Positions 45,369-55,167 of a stretch of DNA of 64,000 nucleotides are shown piece by piece (position 1 is the first letter of the stretch; every line of letters starts with the position of its first letter). A program made the position numbers and the translations under genes. The DNA is taken from positions 12,401-76,400 of the forward strand of contig JAZOOY010000062.1 in assembly GCA_045655325.1 (NCBI GenBank), given 5' to 3'. The notes beneath the pieces were generated by a model. It was given only the letters and a program-made list of their open reading frames with translations. It was not told the origin of the DNA and ran no database searches. The DNA comes from Clostridia bacterium. Lineage in GTDB: Bacteria; Bacillota; Clostridia; UBA1381.

Positions 45369-45932
45369 ATGTATCTTGTAGCAGGACTTGGAAACCCTGG
45401 GACGCAGTATGAAATGACTCGTCACAACATCGGGTTTGAAGTAATAGACTATATTGCTGATAAGCATAACGTAAATGTAAAAAAACTTAAATTTAAAGGA
45501 CTTTACGGTGAATTTTCATATAAGGGTGAAAAGGTTTTACTTTTAAAACCGCAGACCTATATGAACTTGTCAGGGGATAGTATTCGTGAATTTGTGTCGT
45601 TTTTCAAAATTCCTGTGGAGAATGTAATTGTTATAAGTGACGAAGTAAATCTTCCTGCAGGAAAGGTTAGAATACGAAAAAGCGGTTCAGCGGGTGGTCA
45701 CAACGGACTAAAATCAATCATTTATCAGCTTAATTCTGATAATTTCCCAAGAATTCGTTTGGGCGTTGATGCACCGCTTCGTGAAAAAGCTGACCTTGCG
45801 GACTTTGTTCTTGCAAGATTTTCCAAAGACGAAATCCCTGTTTTAGAAGATGCAATAAAAAAGGCATCATCTGCAGTAGAAGAAATTGTTGCAGGAAACA
45901 TTGAAAGAGCAATGAATAAATATAACGGCTAA
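45369..45932 (+). CDS. pth: aminoacyl-tRNA hydrolase
   Basis: MYLVAGLGNPG..Y..TRHNIGF N-terminus and the GGHNGLKS motif. Confidence 0.9.
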   Translation: MYLVAGLGNPGTQYEMTRHNIGFEVIDYIADKHNVNVKKLKFKGLYGEFSYKGEKVLLLKPQTYMNLSGDSIREFVSFFKIPVENVIVISDEVNLPAGKVRIRKSGSAGGHNGLKSIIYQLNSDNFPRIRLGVDAPLREKADLADFVLARFSKDEIPVLEDAIKKASSAVEEIVAGNIERAMNKYNG

Positions 45933-45953
45933 AAACCGAACAGGGTGATGGCA

Positions 45954-48900
45954 ATGAAAAAAACTCTGAATTTTAAAAATTTACTGTCGGAATATTCTGA
46001 ATATTCCGACTTTTGTGCTGCCTTAAAATCGGGCAAAACCCCGATTTCACTAGCAGGTGTTGTGGAATCAAGCCTGGGGCAGTTTGTTTTTGGCGCAACT
46101 GATGACAAAAAAACAATAGTTATAACATACAGCGATCAGGAAGCAAAACAACTGGTGTTTGATCTGGAGCTTTACACCGATAATGTAAGGCTATATCCTG
46201 CGAAAGAGTACGTATTCTTTGAGATTGATGCCCAAAACCGCCATAGCGAAAATATGCGACTTGAAGCACTTTCCAATATGCAGAAAAACGGCGGAATTAC
46301 GGTAACATCACTGGAAGCTCTTTTGCAGTTTACCATTCCGCCAAAATTCCTTGAAGAACACACACTTAACTTAAAACTTGGTGATATGATTGACCCTGAA
46401 GAGCTTTCGGAAAAGCTTATAAAAATGGGTTATATCCGTGAAGAAGAAGTATCAGGAAAAGGTCAATTCTCACTTCGTGGCGGAATTTTGGACGTATTCT
46501 CACCACAGGCAGAAAACCCTTGCCGAATCGAGTTTTTTGACATAGAGATAGACTCAATAAGAAACTTTGACACAATGACACAGCGTTCTTTTGGGAATAT
46601 TGAAGAAACCTGTATAATCCCATGCCGTGAGCTTCCTGAGTATGACAGGGAATCCTTAATTTCAAAACTTGAAGACGAAATCAAAAAGCTCAAAAGAAAG
46701 AAGAGCGACCAATCAAAGGCCATTGAGAACATAGAATCAGACATAGAAAAGCTATCCCAAGGAGTAGAACTTAGTTCAATCAGCCGATATATAGGCGTTA
46801 TTTATGACGAAATTCCAACACTTCTTGACTATATAGATAACGATACCTTGGTTTTCTTAATAGAGCCAAAAAGAGTTAATGAACGCAGTAAAACTCTTGT
46901 TTGGGAACAAAGCGAAGTAATAGAAGACTTATCTCAAAAAGGTCTTTTACTATCGGGATATTCAAAGTTGTGGGAAAGCTATGAAAGGGCTGTTGAGATA
47001 CTAGGGAACAGGAAGCTTGTATCGGTAAATGCACTGACTCATACTACAATAAACTATAACTATAACGCAATATTTAATTTCGTGACAAAAACCACAGTTT
47101 CACTCCATGGCAAGGTGGAATACTTATACGAAGACCTTGTTAAAAGACAGGAAGCGAAGGAAACGGTGGTTATCTTAGCGTCTAACCGTTTGCGTGGTGA
47201 AAACCTTGCAGGAACTCTTAACGACAAGGGTATAAAATGCCGATATATTCACGATGATGCAGAATTTGAAAAGGGTGAAATAGTAATTCTTCGTGGGGAA
47301 CTTGCCAAAGGCTTTGAAGTTCCAGACATTGGATTCACTCTGATTTCTGATAGAGAAATTTTCTCCGTTGGAATCAAAAAGTCAAAAAGAAGAGCGGAGA
47401 ATGCAAACCGCTTAAAGGCTTACACCGACATAAATGTTGGTGATTTTGTGGTGCATCGTGCTCACGGAATAGGCGAGTATAAAGGCATAAAGAAGATGAC
47501 CGCTTTGGGCGTAACCAAGGACTATCTTCATATTGCATATAGAGGTACTGACAGCCTGTATGTTCCTGTTGACCAACTTGATATGCTTTATAAGTATTCG
47601 GGAAAAGAAGGAACAACAAGGCTTTCAAAACTTGGCGGAAGTGAATGGAACAAGACCAAGCAAAGAGTTCGTGAAGCGACAAGCGATATGGCAAAACAGC
47701 TTGTAAGCTTGTATGCCCAGCGTGCACATACTAAGGGCTATGCCTTTTCTTCTGATACGCCTTGGCAGAGGGATTTTGAAGACAGATTCTTGTATCAGGA
47801 AACAGAGGACCAGCTTCGGTCTATAGAAGAAGTTAAAAAGGATATGGAAAGCGAAAAGCCAATGGACAGACTTCTTTGTGGCGACGTTGGTTACGGTAAA
47901 ACCGAAGTGGCACTTCGAGCTGCATTCAAGGCTGCCACAGACTCAAAGCAGGTGGCTTATCTTTGCCCTACAACGATCCTTGCAATGCAACAATACGAAA
48001 CCTTTTCAAAGAGAATGGAAAAGTTCCCGATAAAGGTTGAGATGTTGTCCCGATTCAGAACACAGGCAGAGCAAACCAAGATTTTAAAGAAACTTAAAAC
48101 AGGCGAAATAGATATAATAATAGGAACTCACAGAATACTTCAAAAAGATTTGGAGTTTAAAGATTTAGGCCTTTTAATCATAGACGAAGAACAGCGATTC
48201 GGCGTTGCACATAAGGAACGCTTAAAAGAGCTTAAAAAGAATGTGGACGTTCTTTCAATGACAGCAACACCAATTCCAAGAACACTTCATATGTCAATGG
48301 TATCCGTCCGTGATATGAGCCTTTTGGAAACACCGCCAGAAAACAGATATCCAGTTGCAACCTATGTTTTAGAGCATCGTGAAGACGTTTTAATAGATGC
48401 AATGAAAAAGGAGCTTTCACGTGGCGGACAGGTGTTCTATCTTTATAACCGTGTTGCGGGAATTTACCGAACTGCGGAATGGATTAAAAAGCAGATTCCT
48501 GAAGCAAATGTGGCGGTTGGTCACGGAAAAATGAATGAAGACGAGCTTGAGGATATTATGTATGATATGGTTAACGGCAAAACCGATATTCTGGTTTGCA
48601 CAACCATTATAGAAACAGGACTTGATATCCCAAATGCCAATACAATTATCATAGAAAATGCAGACAGAATGGGACTTTCGCAACTTTATCAGCTCCGCGG
48701 AAGAGTGGGAAGAAGTGCAAGGAATGCCTATTGCTATTTGACCTATAAACGTGACGGAATATTGTCCGAAACGGCGGAAAAACGACTTAGTGCCATCAAG
48801 GAATTTACCGAGTTTGGTTCAGGCTTTAAAATCGCCATGCGTGACCTTGAAATACGAGGTGCAGGGGATATTCTGGGTGCACAACAACACGGACATATTG

Positions 48901-49433
48901 ATTCTGTAGGATATGATATGTACTGTAAGATATTGGCTGAAAGCGTGAAAGAGGCACAGGGACAGGTGGTTAAAGAGGACGTCAGCACCAATATTGATAT
49001 TAAGGTGGACGCATTTATTCCTGACAGGTACATTAAGAGCAGTAATATAAGAATAGACACCTATAAGCGAATTGCGGCAATAGAAAACGAAGATGATGCA
49101 TCGGAGGTAACCGACGAACTTTGCGACCGTTTTGGTGATTTGCCACAGCCTGCGCATAACTTGATTTTGATTGCCCAAATTAAGGCACTTGCCAATAACA
49201 TAGGCGTTGAAGATGTGGTTGAAAAGGGTGAATATATACATTTTGAATTTGGTGAAACAGCATTACTTCCTGAGTATGTTCAGTATATAATACAAAACCA
49301 TTCGAAAAATGCAGTTATAAGCGCTCTTAAAAAGCCGACAATCAAGTACAGGTATGAAGATAAGAAGAAAATGCTTGCTAATATTAAGTTTATATTACAA
49401 CGCTTAAATGAATTGCATAATGGAAATATATAA
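45954..49433 (+). CDS. mfd: transcription-repair coupling factor
   Basis: pth-mfd gene order. CarD-like domain (GDFVVHRAHGIGEY), SF2 helicase motifs (GDVGYGKTEVA, DEEQRFG, TATPIPRT), TRG motif and C-terminal domain. The start is ATG 45954, or GTG/ATG at 45945-45948. Confidence 0.92.
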   Translation: MKKTLNFKNLLSEYSEYSDFCAALKSGKTPISLAGVVESSLGQFVFGATDDKKTIVITYSDQEAKQLVFDLELYTDNVRLYPAKEYVFFEIDAQNRHSENMRLEALSNMQKNGGITVTSLEALLQFTIPPKFLEEHTLNLKLGDMIDPEELSEKLIKMGYIREEEVSGKGQFSLRGGILDVFSPQAENPCRIEFFDIEIDSIRNFDTMTQRSFGNIEETCIIPCRELPEYDRESLISKLEDEIKKLKRKKSDQSKAIENIESDIEKLSQGVELSSISRYIGVIYDEIPTLLDYIDNDTLVFLIEPKRVNERSKTLVWEQSEVIEDLSQKGLLLSGYSKLWESYERAVEILGNRKLVSVNALTHTTINYNYNAIFNFVTKTTVSLHGKVEYLYEDLVKRQEAKETVVILASNRLRGENLAGTLNDKGIKCRYIHDDAEFEKGEIVILRGELAKGFEVPDIGFTLISDREIFSVGIKKSKRRAENANRLKAYTDINVGDFVVHRAHGIGEYKGIKKMTALGVTKDYLHIAYRGTDSLYVPVDQLDMLYKYSGKEGTTRLSKLGGSEWNKTKQRVREATSDMAKQLVSLYAQRAHTKGYAFSSDTPWQRDFEDRFLYQETEDQLRSIEEVKKDMESEKPMDRLLCGDVGYGKTEVALRAAFKAATDSKQVAYLCPTTILAMQQYETFSKRMEKFPIKVEMLSRFRTQAEQTKILKKLKTGEIDIIIGTHRILQKDLEFKDLGLLIIDEEQRFGVAHKERLKELKKNVDVLSMTATPIPRTLHMSMVSVRDMSLLETPPENRYPVATYVLEHREDVLIDAMKKELSRGGQVFYLYNRVAGIYRTAEWIKKQIPEANVAVGHGKMNEDELEDIMYDMVNGKTDILVCTTIIETGLDIPNANTIIIENADRMGLSQLYQLRGRVGRSARNAYCYLTYKRDGILSETAEKRLSAIKEFTEFGSGFKIAMRDLEIRGAGDILGAQQHGHIDSVGYDMYCKILAESVKEAQGQVVKEDVSTNIDIKVDAFIPDRYIKSSNIRIDTYKRIAAIENEDDASEVTDELCDRFGDLPQPAHNLILIAQIKALANNIGVEDVVEKGEYIHFEFGETALLPEYVQYIIQNHSKNAVISALKKPTIKYRYEDKKKMLANIKFILQRLNELHNGNI

Positions 49434-49483
49434 TGTATAATAGCAATGTAAGATATAAAATTTAAGAAGAGAGGTGTCGTAAA

Positions 49484-50464
49484 ATGAAAAAGCTTTTAGT
49501 TTTAATGCTTTCAGTATTGCTTTTAACCGCCTGTGCAGGAAAACCTGTTGCTACGGTTGGAGATATAAAGATAACACAAAGTGAATTTGAGTTCTATTTA
49601 AACTCTATTAAAAACCAGATGAGCGATACCGAACTTCAGACCGATGAAGATTGGGAAAATAAAGAAATTGAAGGGAAGAAAGCCATTGACGTTGCAAAAC
49701 AGCAGGCGATGGATAATGCTGTAAGAAACGCCCTTTATATTGAAGCGGCAGAAAAGGCAGGTCTTTCTTTAACCGAACAGGACAATAAGACAATAGAAGC
49801 TACAAAGGAACAACTTGTGGCAGGCTATGGTTCTGATAAGGCATACAAGGAATTTTTAAAGAGCAACAATATTACGGATGAATTCATTGAAATGATGTGC
49901 AAATCATCTGTTTATTACAACAAAATCGGTCAGCTTGTAATGGAAGAAACAACAGTAGAAGATGCAGAACTTGAAGCATTCTATGCACAGAACAAAGCCG
50001 ATTTTGAAACAGAAATCCGTAAGGCAAAGCATATCTTGATTGCCACAATTGACCCTATGACAAATCTTCCAAAATCACAGGAAGAACAGAATAAGGCAAG
50101 CAATTTATCAAAAGAAATTCTTGACAGGGTACAAAAAGGCGAAGATTTTGATACTTTGATGCATCAGTATTCTGAAGACCCTGGTCTTACAACAAATCCT
50201 GACGGTTATGTATTTGGAACAGGTGAAATGGTCCCTGAATTTGAAGAGGCTACAGACTCTGTAGGCTTTGGCGGAATTGCCTTTTGTAAATCAGATTTTG
50301 GATACCACATTATAAAAAGGCTTCCAATAACATTTGCTGAAGCAAAAGATATAGTAAAGAACAAAGTTTATGAAAAACTTATTGACGAAAAAGTCGAAGA
50401 GTGGAAAAAAGAATATTCAATAGAGATTAAGCAAAACGAAGAATTGCTAGCAGAAATAAAGTAA
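49484..50464 (+). CDS. PrsA-like peptidylprolyl isomerase lipoprotein (parvulin type)
   Basis: Signal peptide with lipobox LLTAC. SurA_N-like region followed by a PPIC rotamase domain (KAKHILI ... GYHIIKR). Confidence 0.7.
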   Translation: MKKLLVLMLSVLLLTACAGKPVATVGDIKITQSEFEFYLNSIKNQMSDTELQTDEDWENKEIEGKKAIDVAKQQAMDNAVRNALYIEAAEKAGLSLTEQDNKTIEATKEQLVAGYGSDKAYKEFLKSNNITDEFIEMMCKSSVYYNKIGQLVMEETTVEDAELEAFYAQNKADFETEIRKAKHILIATIDPMTNLPKSQEEQNKASNLSKEILDRVQKGEDFDTLMHQYSEDPGLTTNPDGYVFGTGEMVPEFEEATDSVGFGGIAFCKSDFGYHIIKRLPITFAEAKDIVKNKVYEKLIDEKVEEWKKEYSIEIKQNEELLAEIK

Positions 50465-50465
50465 T

Positions 50466-50495
50466 AAAAAAGTCCGGAAATTTCCGGACTTTTTA
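50466..50495. terminator. bidirectional terminator between the PrsA-like and AraC genes
   Basis: AAAAAGTCCGGAAA/TTTCCGGACTTTTT palindrome. Confidence 0.8.
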
Positions 50496-51335
50496 ATTTT
50501 GTTCATCGTTTAGTTTTTTTGAGAAATTTATGTATGCACGAGGTGAGACAGACTCGTGATTTTTAAACACAGTTGAGAAGTAGTTGCTGTCGTCAAAGCC
50601 TGACAACATCGCTATTTTTGTTATGCTGTAATTTGTGGAATGCATAAGGTTTTTAGCAAACAAAATCTTCGCAGAAATAATGTATTCCTTAAACCCGAAC
50701 CCTGTTTCCTGCTTGAACTTTCGTGAAAAATGGGTAGGACTCATATAAAACTTTTCCGCAACAGAAGTAAGGGAAACTTCGTTGATTTCAGGCGTTCCGA
50801 CAAGACTGTTTATGTACTTTACCGATTCTTCAATGACCGTTGGTTTATGCTCTGTTGCAAGGGTAGCATCGCCCTTAGAAACAAGCCTTGAAAGAGTAAT
50901 TAAAATCTCGCCAAGCTCATATTTTAACATAATATCATAGCCGTCGCCCTTGTTTTTAAACTCTTTATAAATCTTTGAAAATAATAGGTCAATAAGGGAA
51001 AAGTCCTTTTCGTCAATAGAAAATCTTCTGAATTTGAAAAGGTTAAAAAGGGTATCAGAAAGCGACTCATCAAGGGAAGTTGAATAAAATCGTATAATAA
51101 AATATGTACTGTCACCATTATCATATAGCCTTGCTTTATGGATGGTGTTTTTGTTTGTTAAAACAATGGTTTTTGGCTCAACAGGAATAATTTCATCATC
51201 AATAAAATAAGTGAAATTTCCGCTCCTTACATAAAGAAGTTCATAGTAGGGATGGGAGTGATTTTCTGATTCAACTTTGCGATGATTTTTTGATTTTGAG
51301 ACGTTTATTCCATAAATATCAGAGAATTCAAGCAT
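50493..51335 (-). CDS. AraC-family transcriptional regulator (cupin sensor plus HTH)
   Basis: Start moved to the ATG at 51335, with GGAGG 7 nt upstream. N-terminal cupin-like region and C-terminal HTH_18 pattern (SLTSVAEKFYMSPTHFSRKFK ... GFDDSNYFSTVFK). Confidence 0.75.
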   Translation of the reverse strand: MLEFSDIYGINVSKSKNHRKVESENHSHPYYELLYVRSGNFTYFIDDEIIPVEPKTIVLTNKNTIHKARLYDNGDSTYFIIRFYSTSLDESLSDTLFNLFKFRRFSIDEKDFSLIDLLFSKIYKEFKNKGDGYDIMLKYELGEILITLSRLVSKGDATLATEHKPTVIEESVKYINSLVGTPEINEVSLTSVAEKFYMSPTHFSRKFKQETGFGFKEYIISAKILFAKNLMHSTNYSITKIAMLSGFDDSNYFSTVFKNHESVSPRAYINFSKKLNDEQN

Positions 51336-51588
51336 GATTTTACCTCCCATTTCAAACTTGCTTTTATTATACAATAACCTTTAATTTTTTGTCAATTGGT
51401 TTTTTGCTAAAAATAGTAGAAAAAGGTAACAAAGTGCAAAAACGGGTAAAAAATGTAAAAAAATGACCTGAATAGATGACAAAAAATTAAAGATTTAAAA
51501 AAAGATGACAAATTTGTTATAGAAAATAAGGGACATAAGATTTATAATGTAATTGAAATCATATATTTCAAAAAAGGAGATGAGATGT

Positions 51589-52503
51589 TTGGAAAGACTA
51601 TTTAAAGGGGCAAACGCCATAGTTTTAACACCTTTTACAGAAGATGCAAAGGTGGACAAGAACCTACTTGAAAAATATGTGGCACGTGCAGTTGACTCAG
51701 GTTGTTTGGACGGTATCATTATGTGCGGTTCAACAGGTGAATTTTCAAGACTTTCTTTCGAAGAAAATGTTGAAATTATGAAGATTGCACAGGATGTTTG
51801 CAGAGGCAGAACAAAATTCATCTGTGGTGCAACAGCAGGTGACAGCTATACGGCTTGCAGATACGTTGAGCAGATCGGAAAACTTAATGCTGACGGTATC
51901 TTGATAGCACCTCCATACTACTTCACTCTAACCGATGAAGAAGTTTTGGAATACTACAAGAGTGTAATCAATGCAAATGATGCAAATGTACCAATCATCG
52001 GTTACAACATTCCTCAGTGTACAAACCCACTTTCAGTAAAAGTGTTTAAGGAACTTCTTAAGTACAATTGCGTTAAGGGATTCAAGAACAGCTGGAACGA
52101 TATGCAGCAGATCACTGAAGAAATCGCAATCCGTGACGAAAAAAGACCAGACGTTTCAATGCTAACAGGTCTTGATGCTTGTCTATACGGCACATTGTCA
52201 CTTGGCGGAGACGGTGTTTTCTCTGCAATTGCATACCTAATGCCTGAAGTTTCTGATTTCATTATCAAGAACCACGGCAAATATGATAAGGCATTTAAGT
52301 GTCAGGCAGACCTTATTAAGCTTATCAACGTAGTCAACAGATTCACATTCCCATTCGGTTACCGTGTGCTATCTGATGCACTTGGCTGTCCTTTGGGTGT
52401 TGGTAGAGAAGAAATTCCTCCAACAATGGCTCTTTCTGTTGAACGCGCAAAACAGGAAATGAAAGAAATTTACAGAGATATCATAACAAAATATTTATAT
52501 TAA
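51589..52503 (+). CDS. DapA/NAL-family class I aldolase (candidate 2-keto-3-deoxy-sugar-acid aldolase)
   Basis: GSTGE motif, PPYY and a Schiff-base-type Lys (VKGFKNS). The start is uncertain: the in-frame ATG at 51580 abuts AAGGAG with no spacer, whereas TTG 51589 has a 9-nt spacing. The track start at 51553 is unlikely. Confidence 0.7.
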   Translation: MERLFKGANAIVLTPFTEDAKVDKNLLEKYVARAVDSGCLDGIIMCGSTGEFSRLSFEENVEIMKIAQDVCRGRTKFICGATAGDSYTACRYVEQIGKLNADGILIAPPYYFTLTDEEVLEYYKSVINANDANVPIIGYNIPQCTNPLSVKVFKELLKYNCVKGFKNSWNDMQQITEEIAIRDEKRPDVSMLTGLDACLYGTLSLGGDGVFSAIAYLMPEVSDFIIKNHGKYDKAFKCQADLIKLINVVNRFTFPFGYRVLSDALGCPLGVGREEIPPTMALSVERAKQEMKEIYRDIITKYLY

Positions 52504-52522
52504 TTTAAAGGGGTATAAAACT

Positions 52523-53686
52523 ATGAAAATCACAAAAGTAGAACCAATTCTATTATCTTATGAATACAAGCCAGACGAACAGTGGGGCTGGTCAGGCGGA
52601 GAAGTTAAAGTATGGCACACAGCTCTAGTTAGAGTTTGGTCAGACGAAGGAATTTACGGTCTTGGCGAAATGGGTACAGGCCACTACATTCCAGAAGCTG
52701 CAAAGTCAATCTGCAACTTCCTATCATCAACACTTGTTGGTCAGGATCCATTTGAAATCAACGTACTTTTTGAAAAAATGTATAAGCTAGGTGCAAACTG
52801 GGGTAGACGTGGTATCGCTATGGGCGTTATCAGTGGTATCGAAAATGCACTTTGGGATTTGAAGGGTAAGGCTCTAGGCGTTCCAGTTTGGTCACTACTT
52901 GGCGGACGTTTCAGAAAGTCAATCCGTACATACGCATCAGGCGGTATGGAACAGCCAATCGAATCTCTAATCGCTGAAGTTAACAGCTACATTGAAAAGG
53001 GCTTCACAGCAGTTAAAATCCGTGGTGGATACGACGCTAAGCGTGATATCGCAAAGGTTAAGGCTATAAGAGAAGCTCTAGGTTATGATTTTGACCTTGC
53101 TCTTGACTGTGGTCAGGGATACGTTCCATTCGCTTGGTCAGCAAAAGAAGCTATCCAGGTTGTTAAGGGTCTTGAAGAATATAAGCTAATGTTCATCGAA
53201 GAACCTTGCCGTACAGACGAACTTGATGTTTATGCAAGAGTTAGAGAAGAAAGCGGTTCAACACCAATTGCTGGTGGTGAAAACGGCTGTTCAATCTTTG
53301 AATACAAGCAGTTAATCGATAAGGGATGTCTTGACATCATTCAGCCTGACGTTACTCACGCAGGTGGTATCGGTGAAGTTAAGAAGGCTGCTGAATACGC
53401 TGCTCTAAATGGTATCACAGTTGCTCCTCACGTATTCCGTTCAGGTGCATCATTTGCAGCTCACTTACATTTGCTAAGTGCTATTCCAAACGCACTTATC
53501 TGTGAATTCCAGCAGATTGCTAACCCACTAAGAGAAGAACTTCTAAATCAGCCACTAAAGATGGTTGACGGTAAGCTTCTTGTTCCAGAAGAACCAGGTC
53601 TTGGTATCCACTTAGATGACGAAATCATCAACAAGTATCCATATAAGCCAGGTACAGAACAGAGATTTAAGGTAGAAACAGTGTGA
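52523..53686 (+). CDS. enolase-superfamily enzyme, mandelate racemase/muconate lactonizing family (candidate acid-sugar dehydratase)
   Basis: Metal ligands in LALDCG, FIEEP and AGGEN. Also IIQPDVTHAGGI. 387 aa. Confidence 0.75.
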   Translation: MKITKVEPILLSYEYKPDEQWGWSGGEVKVWHTALVRVWSDEGIYGLGEMGTGHYIPEAAKSICNFLSSTLVGQDPFEINVLFEKMYKLGANWGRRGIAMGVISGIENALWDLKGKALGVPVWSLLGGRFRKSIRTYASGGMEQPIESLIAEVNSYIEKGFTAVKIRGGYDAKRDIAKVKAIREALGYDFDLALDCGQGYVPFAWSAKEAIQVVKGLEEYKLMFIEEPCRTDELDVYARVREESGSTPIAGGENGCSIFEYKQLIDKGCLDIIQPDVTHAGGIGEVKKAAEYAALNGITVAPHVFRSGASFAAHLHLLSAIPNALICEFQQIANPLREELLNQPLKMVDGKLLVPEEPGLGIHLDDEIINKYPYKPGTEQRFKVETV

Positions 53687-53696
53687 GGAACTAACA

Positions 53697-54392
53697 ATGT
53701 ATAAGGTTACTTTGTTAAAAACTGCACACATTGACTGTGCTGAGAGTGTCCTTTATAAAGGCGGCGATCCAAATATCGCCTCAACAATCGGTTGTCACGC
53801 ATTCCTTATTCAAAAAGGTGATGAGTATTACCTTATTGACACAGGAATTGAAAGCATTTCAGAGGCTAATAAAACCAAGTCAAGTAAAGCCGATTGGGCA
53901 AGATTTGAGGACGAGTACAGTATAAAAGAAAACCTTGACAGATTAGGAGTTGACTGCGAGAGAATTACGAAAGTTTTTCTGACTCACAGTCACTATGACC
54001 ATATTTCGGGTGTCGTTCATTTTAAAAATGCAGATTTTTATATGACAAAGGAAGAGTATGACCTGTTCCTTAATGACACCAGCGTTCACCGTATAGTCAA
54101 TGCACCTGTATATGAGTTTTTTAAAGATAAGAACATTATCTTAGTTGACGATGAAATGCAGGTAGGCGATATTACGTTGAAGCACAGAGGCGGGCACACA
54201 AAGGGGAGTATGAGTGTAGAGCTTGGCAATATGCTTTTCGTGGGTGATACAGTTTTCAATCACAAAAACGTTGAAAACCGTGTTACCCCGGGCTTTACAC
54301 AATTCCCTCAAATATCGCAGGAGCTTGTTAATGAATATGCTGACTATAAGGGACGCATTGTGACAAGTCACGACTTTAAGGAGGAAATCTAA
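53697..54392 (+). CDS. MBL-fold metallo-hydrolase (candidate lactonase)
   Basis: THSHYDHISG (HxHxDH) zinc motif, later His/Asp ligands (GGHTKGS, GDTVF), about 231 aa, as in small lactonase-type MBLs. Confidence 0.65.
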   Translation: MYKVTLLKTAHIDCAESVLYKGGDPNIASTIGCHAFLIQKGDEYYLIDTGIESISEANKTKSSKADWARFEDEYSIKENLDRLGVDCERITKVFLTHSHYDHISGVVHFKNADFYMTKEEYDLFLNDTSVHRIVNAPVYEFFKDKNIILVDDEMQVGDITLKHRGGHTKGSMSVELGNMLFVGDTVFNHKNVENRVTPGFTQFPQISQELVNEYADYKGRIVTSHDFKEEI

Positions 54393-55150
54393 TGTTTGAT
54401 TTAAACGGAAAAATCGCTCTTGTAACAGGATCAAGCCGTGGTATCGGTAAAGCTATCGCAACACGTCTTGCTGAAGCCGGAGCTGAAGTTATCCTTCACG
54501 GAAGAAGCGAAAGCGGAGCTTTAAAAGCAACTGCAGAAGAAATTATTGCAGCAGGCGGTAAGGCTCATACAGTATTTGCTGATACATCAAGCATCGAACA
54601 GATTGATGCTATGTTTGATAAAATCAAGAAGGAATTTGGCCATCTTGATATTATGGTAAACAATGCGGCAATCGTGCTTCGTGCACCATTCTTAGAAATC
54701 ACCGTTGAGGATTGGGACAGAACAATGACCACAAACTCAAGAGGCTATTTCTACTGCGGTCAGCAGGCTGCAAAACTTATGCTTGATAACGAAAATGGCG
54801 GAAGAATTATTAATATTTCTTCTATTTCACAGTTTGAAGCAGCATCAGGAAGATGTCACTATTGTGCATCAAAGGGTGCAATCGGTATGCTAACAAAGGG
54901 AATGGCGCTTGAACTTGCTGAAAAGAATATCACAGTAAACGCAGTGCTTCCTGGAAGTATCCACACAGACTTCAACGATGACGTATTAAGCGATAAAGAA
55001 TTTTACGCAAAGTGCGTAGCAGGTATTCCTCTTGGAAGACTTGGTAAGGCTGATGATATTGCAGGTGCAGTTGTTATGCTTGCAAGCGAGGAAGCTTCTT
55101 ACATAAGCGGTGCCGAAATCGTAATCGACGGTGCTAAAACAGTATTTTAA
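54392..55150 (+). CDS. short-chain dehydrogenase/reductase (SDR)
   Basis: TGSSRGIG cofactor motif, NNAA, and the catalytic YCASK (YxxxK). TAATG overlap with the preceding gene. Confidence 0.8.
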   Translation: MFDLNGKIALVTGSSRGIGKAIATRLAEAGAEVILHGRSESGALKATAEEIIAAGGKAHTVFADTSSIEQIDAMFDKIKKEFGHLDIMVNNAAIVLRAPFLEITVEDWDRTMTTNSRGYFYCGQQAAKLMLDNENGGRIINISSISQFEAASGRCHYCASKGAIGMLTKGMALELAEKNITVNAVLPGSIHTDFNDDVLSDKEFYAKCVAGIPLGRLGKADDIAGAVVMLASEEASYISGAEIVIDGAKTVF

Positions 55151-55167
55151 TTAAGGAGAATCTAGAT

